NCBI GenBank assembly: GCA_965112735.1
Contig: OZ218955.1
Span: 310,001 to 374,000 of the forward strand
Direction: 5' to 3'
From: Phaeosaccion multiseriatum
Lineage: Eukaryota > Protista > Ochrophyta, other classes
DNA length: 64,000 nucleotides
Positions within the stretch are counted from its first letter, which is position 1. Each line of letters starts with the position of its first letter. The notes under the pieces were generated by a model. It was not told the origin of the DNA. It made no database searches and worked only from the letters and a program-made list of their open reading frames with translations. Of this stretch, positions 1 through 13,384 are shown one piece after another. Made by a program: the position numbers and the translations under genes.

Positions 1-404
1 ATTCGAGCCCCCTACACCAGGATCCAGCAGAGGTCTAGGCCAGGGGTCCTGTGCCCCCCCCCTGGGTAGGCCTAGGCCAGGGGCTTGCGACCCCTCTAGA
101 CCTGCCGAACTTCGCCTCCGTCATCGGTCGTGCTGGTTCGAGAGCACGGCATTCATTGACATAAACAGATCTCTTTGCAAATTTGTTTGGGGTTTGGGCC
201 AAAGAAAAAGAAGAAAAGAGAGAAAGCGAGCGAGAGAGAGAGAGAAGGAGGAGGAGGAGGAGGAGGAGGAGAGGGTAGGGAAAGGAAGTTGAGTAGGAAG
301 GTGAGATGAGGCAGAACTGACAAGCGAGGGAGAGAAGCAAAGGCGGATTCAGCGCGGAACAAGCGTCAAAAGAGGAAATAACGCAATCCCCTTCCCTCCC
401 CAGA

Positions 405-1500
405 ATGAGTAGAGAAAGAGAAAGAGAAAGGGATGACACCTCTTTCACGTCTCCTCATCGATACGGGTCGTGGTGGGTGGGAGCAGGGAGCGCGGATCTC
501 AGCTCCGCCTACAGCCGGGTTTGCGATGACTCCTTCGCTCGCTGGCTGCTGGAGGGCTCAGCCGTAGACACCGATGCAGCCGCGGCAGCAAGAGCAGGAG
601 CAGGGGACGGGACCCTCTCGCCAGACGCAGGGCTGGGGCTTGGGAGCAGTACAGCGGATATGGACGAGCAACTTGCACTCCAGGCCGCGGAAAGCGTTCT
701 TACTGCAGCAACTGCAGCAGCAGCGAGGGGGCGGGCGGGAGAAGAGGAAGGCGACGGCGGCAGTGGTAGTGGGGATGGCGGGGACTTCCCCGAGCCTTCT
801 CTGGGCGGAGAGGGAGGGGAAGTGGGATCCCGCACTGCGGAGCATAAACGCGCAGCGGTGGAGGTGCTCACCCAAGGGCTGTACGACTCATGCCGCGTCT
901 TCTCCCCGTCCTTCAACGACGACATGGAGCGGCGCCTAGTGCTGCTGGGTCTAATGGGAAACAGTATCGTTGGCAGCAGCTGCGAAGAAGCCTCCCCGCC
1001 GGCTCCTGCCACGACCCCCTCTGCCGTATTTGGGAGTGGCGGTGCGATGACGTTGCTTTCGGTGGGAGGAGCAGCAGCGGAAGGAGCAGGAGCTGGGGGC
1101 TGGCTCGGAAGCGGAAGGGGAAAGCTGCTGCGCGTAAGGAGGAGCGAGCAAGGTGCGAGCGGCGAACGCCAACCCCAGGCCCAATGGATGGCGCAGGAGC
1201 CGCTCGACACGCTCACTGGCCTGGGCTCGAGGCACCACTTGCTGCTGCAGGGTCGAGACACCGCCAAGCTCCCCCTGCCCTACGCCCCGACGGAGCAGGT
1301 GGGATTGGAGATGCTGTGCGCCTTTCTGGAGGAGTTGCCGCCGGACAAGTGCCCCCCCGGGGCGGTGCGGAGGATGCAGGACCTGCTGCAGGCCCTTCGG
1401 CCGTCCGCGCTGTTTGAGGACCTCAGCAGAGTCGATCGGGGCTTCACAGAGCAGGTGGGGGGTGGAAGGGAGCTGATTCTACGCCTTGCCTGCTTGCCTG

Positions 1501-1548
<48 letters not shown>

Positions 1549-4500
1549 CATTGTGGGTGGGCATTGTGGGTGGGCATGATGTCTGTTGACACCAGCATTG
1601 CGTTACTCACTCGGAGAGTGTAAGACTGTTTGCTTGAACGCCTCTACGCTTTTGGTCTAACACCCCGTGCGTGTGTCCTCGCATCCTCCCGTCCTTTCTC
1701 TTCAATTCACAGGAGCTGCAGCTGAATCCCACTTCCTTCCTAGCAGCAATGGAGGTGAGGGAGGAGGAGGTTGAGGGTGCCGTGGGAGCGTTTGCCTTCT
1801 CTACATCCACCGTGCGGGCCAACAGTAACAGCGAGGCCTACCGCCCCATCCGCGCCCTCGGGTCGGACAGCTTCTACTGGAGCTCCGTTCAAGTGGTCAG
1901 TACCATGTATCAGTGTCAGGAATGTCAGGAGTATCAGGATTTGGTGACTTCCATGTGCTTGCATTGGGTCTTACGTAAGGGTCCATGAGTCCGTAGAATT
2001 GATGGCTCATGACTCATGACGTCACTCGCCCACCCATGCGCCCACGACCCACTCACGACTCAGGATTCCGCCCCCGATGCCGCCGCGTCGAGCACATCCT
2101 GGGGGGTGGTGTTTTCGTCGTACGTGTCTGTGAGCTCCGTTCGGCTCAAGTGGCACAAGGACTGCCTGCCGAGGGTGGTGGAGGTGTACGCATTGCTCAA
2201 GGACATGCAATCGCAGGTAATGTAACTGTAATTATATTTGATGGAGTCCGTCAGTCAATCAATCAATCCATTCGAATCTAATCGAGGAAATCTAATTCAG
2301 GTGATGCGATTAACCCCCCCTTTCGTTTCTTATCACTCCCACTCTCACACCCACGCCAACCCTACTTACGTACCTCTTACCTACCTACAACGTATAGGCT
2401 TACTACGCTTCGAGAAGCGAAGTCGAGAACGATCCTAACTACGTTCTGCTGGGCACCGCACTCGTTCCGTCGGTGGAGAACGGAGATGTGCTGGTGCTCC
2501 TGGAGACCTCGCTGGACGACCGAATACAAGGCCGGAACCTCAAACTGGAGGGACTAAGGATCCTGGCCATGAAGCTGACATTCAAAGGATTGGCCAGGTG
2601 CAATAGGCACGCTTACCACAAGCTCAAGCAGGCATGTTTCTACACGCCTCTCAAGGTGAGTGAGTGGGCGAGTGTGTGAGTGTGTGAGTGGGTGAGTGAG
2701 TGAGTGAGTAAGTGGGTGGGTGAGTGAGTGAGTGAGTGAGTGAGTGAGTGCGTGCGTGAGTGAGTGAGTGTGAGTGAGTGAGTGAGTGAGTGAGTGAGTG
2801 TGTGATTGAGTGAGTGAGTGAGTGAGTGAGTGAGTGAGTGAGTGAGTGAGTGAGTGAGTGAGTGAGTGAGTGGGTGAGTGAGTGGGTGAGTAAGTGAGTA
2901 AGTGAGTAAGTGAGTGAGTGAGTGAGTGAGTGAGTGAGTGAGTGAGTGAGTGAGTGAGGCTTCCGTCGTCCGATGTCAGATCGTCAGGGCGTTCCCTCCT
3001 CTTGACGACTGTGGGGCACACGTGCCATGCACGCACGACACCGACGCACGCACCCATGCACCGTCACCCTCCACCCCACACCCGACAATCTCGACAAGCT
3101 TACGTCTCCCTCTTTGTCCCTCTCCCTGTCTCTCTCCCTCTCCCCATCTCTCTCTTCCTCGCCCCTCCCTCACTCCGCCCCACCGTCACTCACCATCCCC
3201 ATGTGCCTCTAACCACACACGCACACACCCACACTCACTCGTGTCCCAGGGGGCTCTGCGTGTGTCTTCCCCGAGTCTCATCACCCGGCTGCACGAGTGG
3301 CTGTGCAAAGGAGCGGCCAAGGTGGTGGGGCAGGGCTCAGTCTTGGAGGGCTGTCTGATTGGTTGTCTGCAGGGGCTGGGCGTGGCCACGGGATCACTCG
3401 ACATCCTCCTCAGTCTCGCTGAGGTGCTCATGGCGGGGGGTGGGGACGGGAGGGACCACGAGGTGAGTGGATGGTAGCGGATGGCGTGAGTGGATGGATG
3501 GGTGGATGGGGTGTCCTTCATGGCTCCCCCCCCCCCCCCCATGTTTGTGGCTGGCCTGCGAAGAGCCTGCCCTCCTCCCCTTCCGTTGACACAAGAAGAA
3601 GGAAGAGCACTTCTCTCTGACCACCGCTGCTTCCAACTTGCTCAGCCTCTACCCTCCTCTCCTGCCCAACCCCACCAATCCCACCCGACTTTCGTCCTCT
3701 GTCCGGTGCGGTTATTCACTCACCCACCTGCTCTCTCCCTCTCTCTCTCTGCACATGGACGGGTGTGGTTGGGTGTTGTGTGGTGCTCAGGCGTCCCCCC
3801 AAGTGTGTGCAGCTCTGGCCCTGCTCGCCAAGCACATCCCCCGGTCCCAGTCCAAGGCCTCACCCACCCTGGGCCCCACCAGCAGCAGCAGCAGCACTGG
3901 CAGCTCCCTCTCCACCACCACCACCACCACCACTACAAGCACCGGGACCGGCACCGGTGAGAGCGGTGGCAGCGGCGGAGAGGGCAAAGTGCTGCGGACC
4001 GTGCGAGCTGTGTTTGAGCGTCTGTTCTGCCGGCGTCAGGGCTTCGCCATCCACCACGTGTTGGACATCCACACATGGTCACACTCTGTGCAGTGCGTGA
4101 GACGCCTCAAGGCAGCGGATGGAGGCAGCTCCGCCAGGCAAGAACCAAAGATTCGTTTGCAACGTATGCTTACTTTTGCTTACTTCAACGTCAGCTGAGG
4201 ACGGACGGAGAGGACGGTCGAAAGATGTTGGAAACATGTCCACCAGATGAGGAGGACACGTCAGTCAATCAGTCCCTTCGTGTAGTGTGTGTACTGTATT
4301 GACTCATCCCCTTCCTTCCCTTCCCCATACATTTTCTCCTCTCTGCTCTCTTTTCCCATCAATTTCTTACCCGTATGGTTCCGTCTATTGCCATCCATTC
4401 CCTACCATCCATCTGTTCCCTCACAGACACGCCATGACCTTTGTGAGCCTCCCTGTGACGCTGGACCACGGCATGGCCATGTGGGAAATGGCGCTGGGGG

Positions 4501-6560
4501 CCAATAGCGCGGTGTGCGAGGGCCTCCTCCTCGGCCTGGTGCGGCCCGCCACATTTGGCGACGCTGTGAAGGAGGAGGGTGGAACGTGGCTCGTGGATGC
4601 GGGCACGGGGAGCAAAGCTATCGCAGGAGGGGCCGGGGGAAGATCCGGCGATGGCAGTGGATGCGACGGTAGCCTGGGAAGGCTCCAACCCGGGGATGTG
4701 TTACGCTTCGTAGTGAATGCAGATGCGGGTACCATGACGGTGGAGCTCGTGATCGAGGCGGCTGCTGTATCCCAAAGTGGTGGCGCTGGTGGTACAGGCG
4801 TTGGTGCTCTGTCATCTTCTTCTTACGGCGCCGGCGCCAAGAAGAAACTGACATTCGAGAGGATAGGGGCGGGGTGCCAGCCTGCCGTAGGGTTCCGGGG
4901 CGACATTGCCGCGACGGTGCGAGCCGAAGTGGCCCTCCTCGGGGCTGGAGCGGTGCACCTCTGGACCCCAGATGGCGACGGCGACGGTGCGGCGATCAAA
5001 CAGGTGGCGAGTCTGCCCGAGGCGGCAGTGCGAGGGTGGCAAGGAGGCAAGCACGGCCAGCCGCGGCGAGGGAGATTCTTTTGGAAACGGGCGGCAGAGG
5101 CTCAGTTCCGAGGCAGCTTCCTCCCCAATGCGCTGTGCTGCATGGCACCGGTCCCGTCCCCGGCAGCCCCGCCCCCTCCCTCCTCCACGCCCCCCTTCCC
5201 GCCCCCTACACCCTACCCGGCTCCGCACACGCCCCCCTCGCTTCGACTCCGAGCTGGGGCTGGGGCTCCCCGAATGCCCTCCTCCTCTGCTCCACCACCA
5301 GCCCCTCTACCTCCCCTATCGTCTTCTCCTTCGGATGCTTCCTTATGGTTTCAGTTCCTGGCACATGGCCCCCCAGAGGGTACCATCCCAGGGGATACGC
5401 CCCCCCCCTTTCCGCCTTCTTCTATGGGAGGAGGAGTCAGTGGTGGTGGGGGGGGGGATGGTGGGATGGCAGCAGATGGCGGCACCAACAGTGAAGAACC
5501 ATCACGCGGAGAAGAAGAAGGAGGAGGAGAGGGCCAACTCACCGCAGAGGCAATCAACACCGACAGCAGTAAGTGGGCCACCTCAGTCTCTTACCAGCTC
5601 CCTCTCGACCAGTACGAGACCTTCCGGAGCTCCGTTGGCTTTGCAGACTCTTCCATACCCGTCCTTCGGGGCCGGACGGGCGGGGACAGGCGCCGCAACA
5701 GGCTGCTGAGCAAGGTGGTGTTCCAAGTCATCTGTGACTCTGTGCCGTTGTGGACTTCTCAGCCCCTCTGCGCAGCGGACGACAGGACCGAGGAGGTGAG
5801 GAAAGGGAAGGGAAGGGAGGGAGGGAGGGAGGGAGGGGGGGGTGGGGGCGAATCAGTACGAAAGGCACGACCCCACACACAAGCACTAGGTGGAGACCCT
5901 AGGTGGAGACCCTCGAAGTGCTCCGCCCAGAGGCACAAGCGCAAACTCAAACTGTCCCCCCCCCCCCCCGTCCACTGCCATCCTCACCATACGTACATCA
6001 GGTGGAGCTCTGTGTGCGACGTATTAGAGAGCTTGAGCTGCGTGTGCTCAGCGTAGCACCAACTGGCGAAGAGGAGATTGCTGCTGCGGCCGCGGCAATG
6101 GCGGATGCGGCAGCTGCCCCCCCCACAGAGTCGAGTGGAGTCGTCGCCTTGTGGATCAACCCAATACTAAAGGAGGTGCCAGGGCCGGGTCTGCTGTTGG
6201 AGGAGGAGGAGGAGGAGGAGGAGGAAGGGGAGGAAGAGGAAGATGAGGTGGTGGTGGAGGAGGAGGGTAGAGAGGCGGATACGCAACGAGCCCTAGACGG
6301 TGGGGGAGTAAAAGTGGTGGGTCCCTCCCCTCTTGACGCCACCCCTGGGCGGGGGAGCGTGAGGAGGAAGAGGGTGAGGGGGAGGAGCAGCAGCAGCAGC
6401 AGCAGTCTCATGGGCAGCAGAGGCGGCGATTTCCGATCGTTTTGCAAAGGCTTCCGTCGCAGTGCCGTGAGCGCAGGAGAATTTGCACTGTGCATGTGCG
6501 GCCGACCGGAGTGGCTGCATTCCGGTTACAAGCAACCGAAGCAGCAGCAGCAGCAGCATC

Positions 6561-6593
<33 letters not shown>

Positions 6594-9500
6594 TGACGCT
6601 CTGTCGGAGCAGAGGCGGAGGGGAGGGTGGAGGAGGGACCTCCCCAATACAAGCTCGGACTCCTCCGGCACAGGCTCAGAGACGAACGCTCTATGGGGCA
6701 GGTCTGGCGCTCATCGAGGGCATCGGAGATCTTGCCGCAGAAGTTAGTCGCCACCCTGAGCTGTACAGAGGCGGCGGGCAAGGGCTTGCGGGGAGGGCGG
6801 GGGGGGCAGGAGGAACAGGAGGAGGAGGAGCAGCAGGGGGGGCAGGGGGGGGAGCGGCGTTCTCACCGCAGTACCTGCCTTTTAGCGTGGAGACCACCGT
6901 TCCGTGTATGCAGCGCATGTGCCGTCTATTGGAGCAGCTCGTACCCACTGATGGGGACCTGGAAACCCTCAAGAGGGGCCTGAACGGAGGAGGAGGGGGG
7001 AAGGGGGGGGTTGCGGTGCTTTGTGCTGTCCTACGCATCGTGCGGGCCAACGTGCTCGGCCTAGGCTCTAGCAATAGCAATGACAATGACAGTGGTCAAG
7101 AGAAAGAGGAGCAGGACGATCGGCAGGAGCAGGAGGAGAAGGAGGAGGAGGAGAAGGAGGAGGAGGAGGAGAGGCGGCAGCTGCAGGCGATCGCACGGCG
7201 ACTTAGGCGGTTGCTGGAGCGGCTCCTGCTTCCTTTGCTGGCGTACACTCGTAGAGAACCAACCATCAATAGACCCCCCAACACGGCGGGGAGGGCAGCG
7301 GAAGAAGTGGGCATTGCAACTGAAACTGGAACTGTGCCTCTTGGCTCCTTGAGAGGCGAAGAGGAGGCCGTGGGAGAGGCTGTAGCTCGGGGCAGAGGAG
7401 GAAGAGAGGGAGGAGGAGGCAAGGCAGAGGAGGAGGAGGAGGAGGAGGAGGAGGAGGAGGAGGAGGAGGAGGAGGAGGAGGAGGAGGGCACAGGGGAAGG
7501 CGAGAACAGCCTCGGCCTCCTTGGAGAGGAGTTGTCGCTGACAGTGGAGGCGGGCATGCATTTTCTATACCCGAGCACTGCGCTGGTGACGGGCCTACTG
7601 CGGAAGCTTTTGAAATGCAGCCGCAGCCACAGTCCAAGTACGAGGAGTGGGGGAGAAGGAGCGAGGCGAGACGAGGAGCAGGGGGGCGAAGGAATCCGGG
7701 TCGAGGAGGAAGGGGAGGGTGATGGTGACGACCCCTTGGAGGAAGAGGAACAGAGGGAGACGCAGGCGATGCCTCCCAAGCAACTCTTGGTGCTGCTGCA
7801 GATAGTCCTAGGCCACATGTGCAAGACAGCGAGGTACGTACATTTGACCGGGTGTTGGGGCGTGTGGGAGCGTTGGTGCGGGAAGGAGCTGCTCCTCATA
7901 ACGGATGGGAGTGGTCTTATGTTGGGTGCTTTGAGAGCAAAACTTGCCTTGTCCTCAGAGCAGCGACAAGTAGCGCTGCAATCTGTTCCTGTCTCTGTCT
8001 CTTTGTGTCGCTGCGTAGTGTCGTATAGTGATGCTGCACCGTTCATCCCCCCACCCCCCACCATCCTCCTCTCACCCCATATGCCTCTTAATGCCTGTCT
8101 GTGGGTGCAGCGCCGAGGACATTATGATAAATATCTCCACGGCCTCTGAGATCTCTACGGCCTCTGAGATGGCAGTGGATGGGAAGGCCTCTTCTGTGGT
8201 GCTGGAGCTGTTCGAGCTCTGCTTCGAGTGGACTGCAAAAGTCGCCGCGAGGGACTGGAGGCCCTCAGAGGCAGAGGCAGCGCAGGGGCTTATCGATGTG
8301 CGTAGTGATGGAGGGAGAGGGAGAGGGGGTAGAGGGAGGAAGGTGGGGCCCACTCCTTTATAGCTGTGTGTGTGTGGGTGAGTGTGTGTGTGTGTGTTCG
8401 TACCCTCGCCTCGTGCTGTGTCTCGCTGTCTCATGTCGTGCACGTCGATTTTACATCTGCCAAATGTCACTGTGGATATATGTATATATAACCCATATCC
8501 ATGTCAACACACACAGGCCACCGCCGCGCTCGAGAACACGCTGTTTCGAGCGCACTACATGATGCTCGGAGCGGTAAAGAGCAGACCGATGGACACCACG
8601 GAACAAGTCGGGCGGCTGGTAAAGGCGCGCTGCTTCTTCGTGGAATACATGACCAAGGTGTTGGAGCGCTGCACCGCTGCACTTCGAGATTTGTGTGCGC
8701 GAGACATGGACAAGGTGAACAGAGGTAGGGCAAGTAGCAGGAGCAGCAGCAGCGGTAGGCATCTGTTGAACCTCTCTCCCGTGACCAAGCTCGCCCCCCC
8801 GGTGGTTACGCTGCTTTGCCTGCTATCGAGAGAGCTATGGCTGAGTCAGGCGCTGCTGCCTCAGCTACTGGAGCTGGTGGGCCGGCTCGAGGACGCTACT
8901 TTTCAGTTTTGCTCCTACGGCAATGAAATGGGAGTCCTACAAGAGCTGCAGAGGCTCGAACAGATGACGTGCACGAGGCGGAGATTAGGGTTAGGGCCCC
9001 TGGGCAGTGGGGAAGTTGGTGATACAGCGACAGCAGCAACAGAGGCCCGACACGCGCGATTGCGACGTGCCAGGAACGGCATCGAAGGTATCAGTGGCAT
9101 GATCGTCGAGCACACACGGGGTGGTGGTGGTGGAGGAGGTGGAGGAGGAGGAGGCGTGGCAGGAGGCGGCGGGGTGGCGGGACGGAGGGGTAGTGCTGCT
9201 GGTGGCGGCCCCGGGGGGTACCCCATGCAGGCCCTACAGTTTCATCCAACCTTGCACGGACCGAATGTGCAAGTGGCCTTGACGGGCAGCAACGGCGCTA
9301 GCACAGCCACAACCAACGCTGGAACAATTATGAACCTTGCCCTGCTCTATCTCCCCAACGAGGGCAACAGCCAGCGGCAGGGAGGGGGAGGGGACGAGGA
9401 AGAGGAGTTACTTGGAGTGTGGGAGAATCTCGGTGTGGGCGAGCACACATTCCAAATCCAAGTGCTTGCCGACGAGACGCCGGAAGACGACGAGGATCAG

Positions 9501-12500
9501 GATGAGGACGAGCAGGGGAGTCTCGGCTTTGCGTTGGTCGACCTGACAGAAGCGGGGCCGGACGTCCTACTGGAAGGGAGCGACGTCAACTGGCTCTTAG
9601 AGGGAGATAACGACGATTTGTTGATCGGCTACCTGTCGACAGGAGAGGCGGTCAACGGAGCACTTGGACTGGGCATGTATGGACGCCCCTACGGAACGGG
9701 GGACATGGTTACGATGACAGTGGCAGTTACGCATACGGCTCCCCCGAGCGGGGTGGAGGGGGAGGCAAGGGGGGTGACGGTGGCGGTCTCCTTTGCGGTG
9801 AACGGGCAGTCGCAGGGGCTGGTGGGGGAGTGGGGCTTCCGCTCCGCTCAGGTGAGGCACACAAGGAACGAACGCCACTCTCTCTCCCTCCCCCTCCCTT
9901 CTCGCTGCTTGTCCTGACATTCGGTTGGGTTGCCCCCTCTCTGTCTGGGTTGCCCCCTCTCTGTCCTGACACTCAGTTGCGCCCTCTCTGTCCTGACACT
10001 CATTTGCACCCCCCCTCTCTTGCACTATTTCACTACGCTTGCAATGCAAAATAACAAAACAACACGAAACGAATCATGCAGCGCACGTTGGTGCCCGTGG
10101 TGGTTCTCTACAATGAGCTCGACAGTTGTCAGAGCGGCGTCTACACGGGACCCCTGGCCTCCGGAGGTGGACCACAGACTGCCATATCTGCCTCCTCGGG
10201 AATGGGCACCGCGTATCCCTTCGGCTCCCTGGAAGGCGGCGTGGTCGGGGGGTACGGGTACGACGCTGATGGTGACGACATCCTCGTCGCTGTATCACCA
10301 ACTGCTGTGGCCGATGGTAGGAGTGGAGAGAGGGTAGGTGGTGGTGGAGGTGGAGGAGGAGGAGGAGAGCATGGCAGCAGCGCAAGAGTCACAGCAGACG
10401 TCGGCATCAGCGGCAGCAGCAGTGACCGACGAGGTCAACAACAAAAAGGAGAAGAACAAGAACAAGAAGAGGAAGAGGAAGAAGAAGAGGAAGAAGAAGA
10501 GTACCTTCCGGGCAGGGGGCTTGCCCTCTCCCCCGATGCCATCTGCCCGCACTTCATCATCGAAGGAGGGCCATTAAGCGCCTTGCTGGGCCCGCGCCCC
10601 CCTCCACTGCCATCCCGAGCGGCCGTAAGGGCTCGATTGACCTCGTTCAGTGGACCGCTTAAGCCCCCTCTGTACGCGGCGCCGAACGTGGTGGAGGTCA
10701 TGGCAGGGGCGGAGAGGGCGTGGGGAAGTGCGCTCTTCAAGCCGGGGTTGCTTGCGAGTAGAGGAGGAGGAGGAGGAGGAGGAGGAGAAGGAGGAGGAGG
10801 AGAAGGTGTTGAAACCTCACGGCAGGCTGGAGGAATGGCGACTTTTGCTGGACGAGGCGTGGGAGTGCATATGTGGGATGTCCTGGTGATTCGCCTCGGT
10901 GAGCAGAGGGAAGGGAGGAGGGGGAAAGGAAGGAGGGGGGGGAGGGTGAGGGAGAGGGGTAGGGTGAGAGGGAGGGGGAGAGAGAGGAGGGGAGGGAGGG
11001 CGTGTACGGGAGATATACGCACACCGAATCTGATGTGTTTGGAAAGACGGAAAGAAAGGAATGGAGGAGTCTCATTTATCCCAACCGTCACCCACCCTGC
11101 CTCTTCCCCTTCCCCTTCCCTCGCCTTCATGGCTCTTTCACTCACCTGCGATGTATCGAAAGCACCTACTTGTTCGGCAGGTGGAGGAGTGTCCATGTGC
11201 GTGGGCGTGACAGACGCCCCGGTCTCCTCGCAGCAGCTGTTAGCCGCCGGAGGGCACGGCTGGGGGCTACTTAACAGCGGGTGTCTCGTCTCTTGTTCCT
11301 CTTCTTCTGAGGGGGAGGCAAGCCCAAGCTCAAGTAGTGGGAGCGCCGTCGCCATCAAGGACAGAGGGCACCATCCCCGCCGCCGCCGGACCCGGACCCG
11401 TAAGGCTCTGACGGTTACGCCCTACTGCGCGCCCCTCCACACTGGGGACGTGGTGACGGTGGTGCTCGACGTGTCTGCAGGCACCCTGGCCTACAAGTAG
11501 GTCATAAAGAGGACTTCCGTACGATAGGGAATCACTCCAAATACTAATTCCTCCGCTCATTTCTTTGTTTGTTGTTATCCCATCCTCCCATACTTTGCTT
11601 CAGGCTCAACGGGGCAGACTGCGGAGTGGCGTTCGGCCCTCCCGACTCCGGAGCGGCTGTCGTGACATGCGCAGAGGCATGGAGAGGAGAGAGGCCGGCA
11701 AGAAGGGGCGAATGGCTTCCCCACAGCGGCTTTAACAGCAGCAGGAGCAGCAGCAGTAGCAGCAGCAAGAGGAGAAAGAGGAAAAGGACTGTCTCTTCCT
11801 CCGGATCACCAACTGCTTCGGCTGCTGGTGATGGGGATGGAGGCGGAGAGCTACTGCTCTATCCGTGTGTTTCGCTGCGTGAGCCTGGCGACAGCGTGCG
11901 GCTCAGCTCCAGGGGGGTGTGTGGGTCGACGTGGTATCTGCCCTGGACGCTCGAGCTGGCAAAGGTACCTGACTACCTACCCACCCACCTACCCACCTAC
12001 CCACCCACTCCCTACCTACCTACCTCCCTGCCTCCTTACTTCCTACCTACCTACGTACCTACCTACCTGCCTACCTGCCTACCTACCTATCCTACCCAGC
12101 TACCCACCCATCTACCTACGTACGTACTTACCTCCCCCCTCTGCAGCACAGAAGGTTACGTAAATAGAATACGTATGCGTGTGTACATGTCTACTGACTC
12201 CACTATTTGCCTTTCCACCGCTCCCGCTTTCCCTCCCCAATCGCAATGAACACTCTCCGGTGGTATCACTGGCAACTCGGTACTTGTCTCCCCTTGAAGG
12301 TCTCCGCCAATACTGTGGGGCGGATGTGCGCCAGTCTCATTTCAGGAACAAGCGCAAGAGGCTTGGCTGCTGCGTCTACTCCCACTGTCCGAGGAGGAGG
12401 AGGAGGAGGAGGAGGAGGAGGAGCTCCCCAGACAGGGGGTACAGGCACCGCAGGCGGAGCAGGAGCAGGCGCAGCAGAATCCGAGGCCGCAGTAGCAACA

Positions 12501-13347
12501 GCAGCAGCAGCTGGTGGTGGTGGTGGTGGTGGTGCAGCAGTATTGCATGGGTCAAGGGCAGACTCTGCGGTGGACGAAGATGACGTGTTTAGTCCGTGGC
12601 TGGCGAGCGCTTTCATGCGAGGAGGGTATGGTCAGGTGCAAGGGTTCATGCGGAGTCATACGAGTATTGGGATGCGGCAGTGGCAGAGCTGCGTCAGCGC
12701 CGCTCAGCAGAAGCAGCTGGAGGAGGCGCATGTCCATACGCCCCCACATGGGGGGGACAACCCGTATGCCTGTAACCGTCTGCCCGACGACGCCCTGAGC
12801 TTCCTATCGGTACGCGCAATTGTGTGAAGGTGTACAATGAGTCAGTAAGTCTCAAGTTTGGGTAGAGGGGATGGCAGTGGAGGGAAAGTATCTGAGCGAG
12901 GAAAGAGTGTTGGAGTAAGGTCTGTTGAACCGAAACGGAGGGAAGGGTGTGAATGTGCAGCTTCTTGCTTCCTATGTCGCCTTCGCTCTGCTCACGCACG
13001 CACGCACGCACGCGTTCTGTCGCTGTGACTAACCTCCATGCATGTGTACCCCTGGGTCAATCGAATCGTTATCGCTTGTGTCCGTCCCTCCTCCTCCTCT
13101 GCCCTGTTGCCCTGCCCTGCCCTGCCCTGGCCTGCAACCACCATACAAGGCCCTCTCTGGATTGGACGTGCACCGAATGCAAGAGGGGGGGAAGGGGAAG
13201 AGGAAGGGGCAGGCGGAGAGCGATGAGGCGGCGTCCTGGACTGGACCCTGCTCGGCCCTGATTGCTTGGCTTGTTGACTCCGTGCCCGACAGCGACCACA
13301 CCGCGCTCCGGCACAGAACGAGGGGGGCGAACAGGGGGGGTGGCGGA

Positions 13348-13384
<37 letters not shown>

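Noticed and set aside
1500-1546. Poly-Leu 'transmembrane' stretch at the end of the first ORF
   Set aside because: It is an intronic (TTG)n microsatellite downstream of donor 1455.
4164-4194. A 31-nt mini-intron (GTATGC...TCAG)
   Set aside because: It leads to a stop. The upstream donor TGC|GTGAGA at 4097 gives the correct phase with a 98-nt intron.
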